Part shown: positions 1 through 9,993 of the stretch, one piece after another
Layout: each line of letters starts with the position of its first letter
Position numbering within the stretch: position 1 is the stretch's first letter
Notes under the pieces: model-generated
What the model saw: the letters and a program-made list of their open reading frames with translations, nothing else
What the model was told of the DNA's origin: nothing
Databases searched by the model: none
Source: Azolla caroliniana
Lineage: Eukaryota > Plantae > Polypodiophyta
Length of the DNA stretch: 64,000 bases
NCBI GenBank assembly: GCA_043228905.1
Contig: JBHGNT010000007.1
Location: forward strand, 4,154,001-4,218,000
Direction of reading: 5' to 3'
Translations under genes and position numbers: made by a program

Positions 1-1356
1 GGGGGCTCATTCGGGAGGACGTTTTGGGAGGAGGAGACTATCGCCATTTTACCTTCGGAGCTCTTCATCTTCTTATTCACCACTTCTGTTCATCTCATAC
101 CCCTTCATCCCCCCACTGCCACGTGCTCGTCTTCTTCGCGTCGGGACTCGGCACTCGAAGTGCTCGTGAGCCCAAGCTTCTTTGGTTCGACGTTGCTCCG
201 CCCCATTCGTCGTTGCGAGCCCGTGTCCTCGCCGTTCAGGTGGTCGTGGTTCGTTGGGATTGGCATTTTGGTGGTGCTTGTGTGTTCATCTTCACCGTGT
301 TCGGATTTGCTCTTGTCTCTAAGGGCATTTAGTATTTATGTTTTGATTGAGCTTGTGGTTAACTATAAGTTGCCATTGTAATCAAACCCTATTTTATAAA
401 GGGTCCTCTTGTGTTGGAATCGAACACGTATTTATTTCTTTGGCCGATATCATTCGTCTTTCTTTCTTTCCTTCTTTCTTTCTTTGTGTCTTCCTTGTAC
501 GTTCAGCCGTCTTGTGACGAGCGAGCGTTTCAGGCGTGCCCATGCACTTCTCCTCCTCGTAAAGACATACAAGCATTTGTGCGTGTGTTTGTGTTTGCCT
601 TGTACATTCGGCCGTCTTGTGACGAGGGACCGTTTCGGGCTTGCCCATGCACCTCTCCTCCTCATAAAGGCGTACGAGCATTTGTGTGTGTGTTTGTGTC
701 TTCCTTGTACGTTCGGCCGTGCCCAAGCACCTCTCCTCCTCATAAAGGCGTATGAGCATTTTGTGTGTGTGTTTGTGTCTTGTACTTTCGGCCGTCTTGT
801 GACGAGGGAGCGTTTCAGGCATGCCCATCCACCTCTCCTCCTCATAAAGACGTACGAGCATTTGTGCGTGTGTTTGTGACTTCCTTGTATGTTCAGTCAT
901 CTTGTGACGAGGGAGTGTTCGGGCTTGCCCATGCACCTCTCCTCCTCATAAAGGCGTACGAGCATTTGTGCGTGTGTTTTGTGTCTTCCTCGTACGTTCG
1001 ACGTCTTGTGAAGAGGGAGCGTTCGGGCGTGCCCATGCACCTCTCCTCCTCATAAAGACGTACGGGCATTCGTGTTTGTGTTATCGTCCCCTTGTGCGTT
1101 TATCTTGCGTGCTCATCTTGCTTGTACCCGTTTGAGCACTTGGCTCGTGCGGTGATCTCGAAAGGTCGACGAGTTATGATCAACGAGAGCCACCGGCCTC
1201 ACAAAACAAAGGGCGACGAGCCCTTGTTCGGGAAGGGGTCAGGAAGTAGTATTGTCGTAAAGCAAACCTTGGGTCTTTTCTATCCCTTGAGTACTCCCTA
1301 GTCCAAGACCCCCGTGGTCCCGCCCAAGTAACACACGCGTGCGAAACTTCGCGACA
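1..1356 (+). repeat. 5' LTR of element A (partial; full length about 1.73 kb)
   Basis: Ends TCGCGACA just before the PBS; the 3' LTR copy starts TGTTGTGA 377 bp upstream of the segment matching position 1. Confidence 0.85.
484..1080. repeat. Tandem array of about 6 units of ~105 bp inside the LTR of A
   Basis: Units start at about 484, 589, 694, 773, 874 and 979 (ttgtgtcttccttgtacgttcggccgtcttgtgacgag...cctctcctcctcataaag); one unit has an internal deletion. Confidence 0.9.
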
Positions 1357-1361
1357 TAAAT

Positions 1362-1379
1362 TGGTGATCCAGACGTGAA
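1362..1379 (+). promoter_or_regulatory. Primer binding site of A (tRNA-Trp type, 2 mismatches)
   Basis: TGGTGATCCAGACGTGAA versus TGGTGAACCCGACGTGAA in B, C and D. Confidence 0.8.
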
Positions 1380-1420
1380 AGGGCGGCAAGAGGACCCTAA
1401 ACCCTAAACTCGTTGAAGCG

Positions 1421-3540
1421 ATGGCGGCGGCGGCGGACCGCTTGGTAAATGCCCGAGAAGGCATCATCGGCCTAGACTGGGCCATAGAGATGGTGGTCAG
1501 CACAACGGGTCGGTTCAATGGAAGAGATATGACGAGCTACTTGGATGCCTATAAGGTCGAATTGCTTATGCGAAACGTCCCCGAAGATAGGCGGCTAACT
1601 GGATTCGCTAGAGTGGTAACGCCAAGTATCCACGCAGAGGTACTCGAGATCTGAGCGGACTGTTACAATTGGGTGGAGTTCGAAGAAAGACTCCTCGAGA
1701 AGTACAGCCTTGATGACTCACTCAGAATTTCGAAAAGGGATCTAATGGAGTGGGTTGAGCTTCTCATCAAGGGGAGATACTATGGTACTTTTACAAGAAT
1801 TTGAGAAGTGCTTCGCGCGACTCTTGGCTCTCGTTAGGATGGTGCTTGACACAAGCAAGGTCCTACTATTCATAAAGATTGTTGATGCACGAGACCGAGA
1901 GAAGGTGGGGTCCCTCCTCGAAACTGATGATGGGCTCAGGATGGATTGGGCTATGGTAAAACGGGTTTGTAGCTACTTCGATAAGAGAAGGGAATGGAAC
2001 GACGAGTCTCTGTTGAGCGGCCAAATATCCACAGGGTCCATTAGTGAGACACACGAACCTAGGGGTGGTAGAATACCTCAAGAAAGAGAGCAACCAAATG
2101 CAAGGTTCGTTCCCGAGAGAAACGTGGTTGAAGTACCGTCGGGAGGGTCGGCAATAGACGAGCTCACAAAGATGGTGTGAGATCTCGAAATAGCGCAAGC
2201 TAGGAGAGAGAGTGGCGGCCCTCAAGATCGACATCCCCCGTTCGCACAAAGATGTATGTGGTGCGACAACCCGACCACCTACGAAGGGAGTGTGGAGACT
2301 TTCAAGAGGCCCTAAGAAAGGATATTGTCTATCTTTGGAACAATAGGGTCTATTTGACAGAGATAAGGCGCCCCTTGGGATTGAATCAAGGCCGAGGGGG
2401 CATGAGAAGGCTAATGGAGGAGGCCGAAGCACGACATGTTGAAGCTGCCCACTACTCGGCGTTGGCTGGGATCCAAGTGGGGAAAGGGGTGAGGAGGCAA
2501 GAGGAGAAAGAGTTTGACTTTTGGCCGTCAATCCTTGGAAGCCTCTCTAAGGGGAAGTTCAAAAGAGAAGAAGCGGACGAAGCGGAAAGAAGGGTCCAAG
2601 AAGCAACCGGGTGGAAGGATCTAGTGGAAGAAAAGACAGGCTTAGTGGAAGCCGCTTGCCAAAACTACGAAGTAATGGTAGAAGAGAAGAAGGTAGGAAA
2701 TGACGAGGGAGCTGGTCCATCAAGGAAATACGATGCTCGAGGTGCGTGAAGAAGGGAAGAGCCGAACTAGTCTCAAGCACACAACGAAAGATGGAAAAAG
2801 AAGGGGAACCCCCCCAACTTCAAGCTTTGCTCGGAGATCGAACAAGCAACGGACTTGAAGAAGGTGGTTGAGGAAAGGATCCTCAATAGTCGTGAAGAGT
2901 TTACTCTGCGAGAGGTCCTCGGAATTACCAAGAAAGAATTCCACGAGGTCATCATCGACCTAATGAAGAGGAAGCGGCTCTTGATGGAGCAAGAAGTGGC
3001 AAAGCTTGCGATTGTAAATGCATTGTCAACTGAGGTTCCCGAGGAAGACGAAGACTATGCGGATAGTCACTACAGAAGGCCGCATTGGGCGAGACCGACA
3101 ACGGAGACACCGGTACGGGTCGGAGATGTAAAAGAGCCGGTTGTAGCATTGATTGACCATGGCTCTGAGATCAACCTTATGTCCATGGAGTTTTATAAAA
3201 AGGGAAAGTGGCCGATCAACACGAAGTAGGGTGGAAGATTAGAGCGGCGACCCGAGCAACCGAGGAGCTATACGGGGCTTGCCCGAATGTACGTGTGAAG
3301 GTGGGGGACGTAGAAATAAATCAACATTTCTTTGTTCAAGAGATGTCCTCGCACCCGGTCATCTTGGGTGAACCATACATCACGGCGGCTCGCATGGAGA
3401 AGAAGGTACTAGACAACGGGTCAGCATATGGGAGGGTCAAGAGCCAAGATGGGAAGCATTCGGTCCAATTCCTTATGGTGAGGCCCAACCATGAGCGCAA
3501 TCGAGCCTCCCTCAAAGGGGAGAGCCGAGAGGATTTTTGA
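1421..3540 (+). pseudogene. gag: gag-protease ORF of A (disrupted)
   Basis: ORF pieces 1421-1654, 1755-2180, 2252-2749, 2855-3229, 3208-3540; protease motif LIDHGSEINL; colinear with B and C gag-PR. Confidence 0.9.
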
Positions 3541-6500
3541 TTCGGGCTATTAAAGAGTGGGGCCACAATAGCCCGAGGCAAACTAAGACCCTAAACCCTT
3601 GTAAAACTATTAAATGTAATAGGAAACAATTTTGGTTCTTTGAAAATGGAGCTTGTAAAATTACTAGTTTAAGTGATAGAGATAAGTCTAGGGCCAAGAG
3701 ATATGAAAGGTATCTCAAACAATGTAATTTATTGGGGGAAGATGACACCATAAGCGGCGGCATGGAGGCGGTCTCGTTCGACGACACTCTCAGAGAGATG
3801 GAGAGGGTAGTCGTTTCGGGTCTCAATGAAGACAAGGTAATTCCAGTCAACTCAGTTGACATGTACACCGCTATCGAAGAGCTTGGGCAGTTGATTGAGG
3901 AAACGAGGACGGTGAAGGTGCAAACAAAGTACAAGACCGTGGACAATAAGGTAAAGCCTGTGGCTGCCCCATTGCCTAACGATAGTTGGGATCAGATAAA
4001 GGGGGTAGCGGCTGATCCTAGCTTGCAGGACCCACGAGGCATAGGGCACCGGTTCATTGACGAGACGCGACAGAAGCTCTGGATTGGTGGGAGTGGCTTC
4101 CTATTGCCTAGGGAGGAGGAACGATTTAGAAGGATGATCGAAAGCCACGGAAGGGCTTTCGCCTTCTCGTTGGGTGAGATAGGGTGTGTAAACCCTAAGA
4201 TCATGGAGTCAATGGTGATCTTTACGGTGCCACATGTAGTGTGGAACATCAAGCCAATCCCGGTTCCAAGAGCTCACATCTCGAAGTTGATTGAGCTACT
4301 CAAGGAAAAGATTGAGATGGGTATCCTCGAACCATCAAGTGCCCCATACTCGAATCAGTGGTTCACTGTGCCAAAGAAGAACGGCACCTTACGCTTCATC
4401 CAGGACCTACAACCTGTTAATCAAGTGAAAATTAAAAATGCAACGGTCAGACCGAGCGTTGAAGAATTCTCCAAGGCCTTCGCTGGAAGGTCTATTTATT
4501 CGATCGGTGATCTATACTTGGGGTATGATCAATTCCAACTAGCTGTGGAGAGTAGGGACATCATGACGATGCAGACCCCTATCGACCTAGTGCGAATGTG
4601 TACCTTGCCACAAGAAGGCACTAACTCTGTAGCCCACATGGTAACTGCAATGAACAAGGTATTGAGAGATTGCATCCCCGACATCACCATGCCGTTCCTC
4701 GATGACATCCCCATAAAAGGGTGCTTTGAAGCAGAGAAAGATGAAACCTTGGACGAGGATGGGTGCTGACGTTTTGTGGCATATCCCATCTCCGATTGCG
4801 AGAAGGTTCTACAAAGACTTGAAGATGCACGCTTGACCTTCTCGGGTGAGAAATTGGCATTCGGCCAACCGAAGATCCTTGTGGTGGGACACTTGTGCGG
4901 GGCGTACGGACGGAAGCCGTCCCCGGCAAAGGTGGACGCCATCACAAACATGAGGGAAGAATGTAAATCGCAAACAGAGGTGAGGCGATTTCTTGGTGCC
5001 TGTACATTCTACCACATCTGGATCCCGCACTATGCTCACTTAGCCGAGCCCTTGTATGGGCTACTCATGAAGGGGCGGAAGTTCAAGTGGGAGGAAGAGC
5101 ACACAGAGGCAATGAAGAGGCTCAAGGAATGTTGGTAGCGGCACCAGATTTACGAAAAGTCGTATACAAGGAAGGGGTGCCCATCTACGTGATGGTAGCT
5201 ACGAGTCGAACAGGGATCGGATGGGTCATACACCAAGAAGGAGAGGATGGTACACGCTACGCCATCCGATTCCGAGCCAAGGTCTTAAGCGAGCGACAGG
5301 GAGCTTTGGGGTATTGTGTCTGCAGTAAAGACAGATAAAGATTACCTAATCGGGTCAGAGGTGGTAATAGAGACGGATTGCCTTCAAATCCTAGGGATGG
5401 TTTCGGGATGTGCAACACCTGACCTAGCTATGCTAAGGTGGATTTCTTACATCAAATCAATGAACCCGGAGATTCACCACATTTTAGGGAAGAACAATGC
5501 CATGGCAGATATGCTATCGAGGGCAAGATTCGAGGGCAAAAGTGGCATGGTGTCTGAAGATGAGGATGTCGCTCTTGACTTCTATAAGACGGCCCAAGCG
5601 TCTATAGATGATCGAGGTGTGTGAGTAATCCATGCCTTCAACAAAAGTGAATACAAAGGGGAGTGACTACACATTGGCAAGTTCTTAAGCTCAATGACAG
5701 TGGATAGTTCATGGTCGAAGGAGGAAGCACAGAGAGTCCGAAAGAAAGCGTACAAGTACTTCCTACGAGGGGGATTCCTCTAGAGGCACCCGAAGAGAAC
5801 GACAGGGACACCACAACGAGTGGTCATAAAGGAAGAAGACCAGACAACATTGGTGTCAAAGTTCCACGAGAGTCCTTGGGCGGGCCATAGAGGAACGTGG
5901 GCAACATTCGAGAAGTTAAAGGATAAGTATTGGTGACCGGGAATGTACAAGGATGTCACCCATTTCGTGGGGACGTGTGAAAGCTGCCATATACACTCCA
6001 ACATACACCATAGGGACAAGTTGCACCCGACCTACCCACTCACCATACACTTCAAATGGATGGTGGATTTGGTTTCAATGCCGATGGGAGTGGGCCAAAT
6101 GAAATATTTGGTGCTAGCAAGAGAAGACCTAACAAACTAAGTAGAAGGACGAGCCTTGGCAAACAAAACGATGGCAGGGGTGTGTAAATTCTTACTCGAG
6201 GATGTTATTTGCCGGTACGGATGTGTGGGAAAGATAGTGGCCAACAGAGAAGAGTTGAACGCTCACGAAGCTACAAAGCTCTTTGAACGACTTGGAGTGA
6301 AGTTCTCTCTCACGACCGCTTATAACCCGCAGGCTACTGGAAAGATAGAACGCGGACATGGGCCTATCGTAAAAGCCATTGTAAGAGCTTGCGATGGACG
6401 AGTCGGGAATTGGCCTCGGTTACTACATTATGCCTTGTGGCCCGACAGAACAACTCATAGCTCAGTTACAAGTTTCATGCCCGTTGAACTCATGTACGGA

Positions 6501-6946
6501 CAAAAGCCGGTGATGCCCATTGACGACACGATCGCTTCATGGGTAGCGATGCTGTGGGAAAACGAGATGAGTCGAGAAGAGCTTCTAGCCAAGGATAAGG
6601 CAACTTGAGAGAAGACCCGAAGACTTGGAGTTGGCAAAAGAGAGGTTAGAAGCGGCTAGGCTAAGTAACAAAGCCCGGTTCGACAAGACACACCGACTAC
6701 GCCCTCGAAAGATCGAAGAAGGAGACTAGGTGATTGTATATGATAGTAGTCTCGAGAATCAAAATAGCTCGATGCGTAAATTCGCAAAGCGATGGTTCGG
6801 GAAGCGGGTCAAAATCTTCAAAAAGCGACACGAGAGGGATCCAAAACCTCGATGACCTTGACGAAGATAAAGGCAAGCAAACAACAAGCCGCCCTCAGCC
6901 CGCCATGAGGAGGGTGGTCAATGAGGAGGAGGAAATGAACTATTGA
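3537..6946 (+). pseudogene. pol: pol (RT-RNaseH-integrase) of A, in the -1 frame relative to protease; disrupted
   Basis: RT GYDQ...LPQEGTNS...PFLDD; RH ETDC...NAMADMLSR; IN CESC, WMVDL, GKIERGH. Confidence 0.9.
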
Positions 6947-7006
6947 CCACCCTCAGCCCGCCATTCTTGGCACATACCGGAGGATGTGCAGTTTGGTGGG
7001 GGTGGA

Positions 7007-7628
7007 TGTTGTGATGTGGCATGCTCAAGAGTGGTAAAAACCGGCGAAGGGGGGGGGGGGTCAAAAATGTGCATGTGCAATGTGTGTGCACACAAAAGCG
7101 ATTAGTTGTGCATATGCAAAATAAAAGGGAAAAGAAAGGGTGGAAAGGATGTATAGAAGGTCGTGCAAGAAGTAAGAGAGAAGAGAGATAAAAGATAGAG
7201 GGGAGATAGGCTAAGAATTTATAGAGATAGCATTATATATTGTATAAGAGAGAGTTAATGGACTAGTGGATAGTCACATTGACTTCTAGTTGAGGGTGCA
7301 CGGTTCAAATCTAGTCTTACAGTGCAACGTGATTGAAGAAAAAATTGGCGACCCACCTTTTTTTCCTATAAAAGGAGGTCGAGGGGGGCTCATTTGGGGG
7401 AGGACGTTGTGGGAGGAGGAGACTATCGCCATTTTTCCTTCGGAGCTCTTCATCATCTTATTCACCACTTCTCTTCATCTCATACCCCTTCATCCCCCCA
7501 TCGCCACGTGCTCGTCTTCTTCGCGTCGGCACTCGAAGTGCTCGTGAGCCCAAGCTTCGTTGGTTCGGCGTTGCTCCGCCCCGTTCGTCATTGCAAGTCC
7601 GTGTGCTCGTCGTTCGGGTGGTCGTGGT
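7007..7628 (+). repeat. Truncated 3' LTR of A
   Basis: Follows PPT GGTGGGGGTGGA; starts TGTTG; CCTATAAAAGG at about 7366; identity to the 5' LTR stops at 7628, where copia RT sequence begins. Confidence 0.85.
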
Positions 7629-8884
7629 AATTCGAACACCAGTCGGGATATTGATCTCTCAATGGCACTACGTTCTCAACTTACTCTACAAGTTTGGAAT
7701 GACCGAGTGCAAACCTGTGTCTACCCCTCTTGACTGAAATCTCAAGCTCCATGTCGATTCGGGCAGAGCCGAGTGCGAGCTGACTAAATATCGACAACTG
7801 ATCGGCAGGCTAATCTATCTAACCATCACATGACCCAACCTCAGCTATTCAATCGGCCTACTTAGACAATTCATGCAGAACCCACAAAATAATCATCTCA
7901 ATTGTGCTCAGAGGATACTTCGGTATGTCAGTACGAAGATGGATTACAACATCCTGTATAAGGCGAATACGCTTATTCGACTCGAAGGGTACACAGACGC
8001 GGACTGGGCAAGCTATAAGGCCGATAGACGTTCAACCTCTGGCTTCGTTTTCTCTATCGGTAGCGGACCAATCTCCTGGAGTAGTAAGAAGCAGTCGACA
8101 ATCGCATTGTTGAGTACAGAAGCCGAATATAAGGGCACGATGGTCGTCGCATGCGAAGCTGTCTAGCTCAAACACATTTTGAAGGATCTGGGCATTCATA
8201 TCACACATCCAATTTGCCTCTACTACGACAACATGAGTAGTATCTATCTTGCTCAGAACCTGGTGTTCCACTTGCGGACCAATTACATCAAGGTGCACTA
8301 CCACTTTATTCGCGAACGCGTTTAGGCTGGTGATATTGATTTACAACATATCAGTACGAACCTCCAGGTTGCTGATATCTTTACGAAGGCCTTACCAGTT
8401 GACAAGCTCAGGCACTTTGCATTGGACCTTGGTCTCACAATCTCTACATTGCCGAGCTTGAGGGGGAGTACAGGAGGTGACACGGAAACAACCAAGAAGC
8501 AGAAGTAACTGATCAATCAATCGAAGCTGACCAGAGGAGTCGAAGTACGACGAACAACGGGCATGAAGCCGAAAAGAGAACAACCAAGTTCGAAGATTTT
8601 GAAAGGCGGAAGCCGATTCATATGAATCAAAGTATTCCGAAGACCGAACCAAAACAACATTTTGACATACGGAAGTTGTGTTCGAAGGGGCATGTTGAGA
8701 ATCGAACTCAACTTCCCATAAGAATAGTGCCCACACTAGTAAGTGGACAACTTACTAGGACATTTCTGTAATTAGTAGAAAGGGCATTTGCCTAGAATAG
8801 TTGGTATTGAAACCAACCTTTTGTAACTAAGTAACCATTGGATGTAATATACAGTTTCTTGTCTAGAGCTCTCTCTCTCCCTCT
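7629..8884 (+). mobile_element. Copia element G remnant: RT/RNaseH 3' part plus start of the 3' LTR (from 8693)
   Basis: EGYTDADWA...DRRSTSG...SWSSKKQ...STEAEY; PPT-like tracts at 8455-8468 and 8684-8692; LTR starts TGTTGAG. Confidence 0.85.
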
Positions 8885-8930
8885 TGTTAGGATCTCAGTC
8901 CCTCCGGATGGGATACCAAATCCCGGCATG

Positions 8931-9060
8931 GGAAGACCCGGTGAGAACTGGATGTGGAGTACCCGGCAACGGAAGACCCGGTGAAAACCGGATGTGGAGT
9001 ACCCGGCAAGGGAAGATGCAGACCCGGTGAGAACCGGATGTTGCAGGCCCGGTGAGAACC
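8931..9060. repeat. ~40-bp tandem repeats in the U3 of the H LTR (also at 18970-19120, with more units)
   Basis: ggaagacccggtgagaaccggatgtggagtacccggcaa units at 8931 and 8971, and at 18970 and 19010. Confidence 0.85.
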
Positions 9061-9343
9061 TCTCACCAGATGAAGGGACATATATGTAGATATGTTTCTG
9101 AGAGCCCATTGGGGCTATATCTGTAAATAGTCCTAATGTCATATTAGTATAAATGTGACCTAGGGCAAACAATGAGTATGTATAACGATAGTTGCTGTCA
9201 TTATCTTTATATAACGTGATTGGTGTAACGAATGTACACAGAGAGAGAGAGAGAGCGATATAGAGCATGTCTCTGTTGTAACCGCCACCAGGCGAAGATT
9301 GTGAGCAAGAGGTCATTGCCTCTATGCTCCCTGTTGTACTCTT

Positions 9344-9849
9344 TGTTGAGAAGCAAGCTCAACATGGTATGTGATGCTTATGAGAAATAAGCTATAGTAG
9401 CTATTTAGCTACTAGTGAACAAAAAGGTAAAACAGCTATTTAGCTATGGACAGCTAATTAGCGACTGAACAGCTATTTAGCTAGTGACAGCTAATTAGCT
9501 AGTGAACAGCTATTTAGCGACTGACAGCTAATTAGCTACTGGCAGCTAATTAGCTGCATGTGTAATAACTTATGACTTAGGTAAAAGTAAGTGAGAGTGA
9601 ATAGGAAGTAGTAGTAAGAGAAAAAACAGAGAATAGTGAGTAGAGAACTCTGAGAGAGAGTGAGAGACCAGAAGACTGACGAGAGCAAGTTGAGCTCTAC
9701 ATGAAATAGAAGAAAACCATTTTGCTACTACAGAGGTAAGTCCCCTTTCCTTTCTCTGTCTGTTTAGAGCACGCTAACGATCCAGCACACTACGATCCGC
9801 CGCGCATACAAAAGAAGAGCCCGAGTGCCTTCTTCACGTTTTCTTAACA
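9344..9849 (+). repeat. 5' LTR of F
   Basis: TGTTGAG...TTAACA, repeated at 14360-14865. Confidence 0.97.
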
Positions 9850-9861
9850 TGGTATCAGAGC
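9850..9861 (+). promoter_or_regulatory. PBS of F (initiator tRNA-Met)
   Basis: TGGTATCAGAGC directly after the LTR. Confidence 0.95.
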
Positions 9862-9993
9862 AGAGTAGCTCGTAAGGAAGAGTATAGCAGTGCCTTAATC
9901 TGAGAAAGTTATTTCTCTGGTTGCTGATCAGAAATCAGAAAGTTACTTGTTGAAGTAACTAAAGCAAAACCCTGGTTTTTTGGAAGGAAAAAA

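Larger units (their letters stand above)
1..7628 (+). mobile_element. Ty3/gypsy non-chromovirus LTR retrotransposon A (degenerate; 5' LTR cut by window edge, 3' LTR truncated)
   Basis: Domain order gag-PR-RT-RH-IN; 1-250 repeats at 7384-7628; PBS 1362-1379; PPT 6995-7006; many stops and frameshifts. Confidence 0.95.

Noticed and set aside
394-1055. Repetitive ORFs on both strands; superficially CRISPR-like periodicity
   Set aside because: Translations of a 105-bp tandem repeat; no unique spacers, no cas genes, eukaryotic context
9359-9370. CAACA-TGGTAT inside the F LTR resembling an LTR end plus PBS
   Set aside because: Only 6 nt match; explained by the terminal hairpin arm
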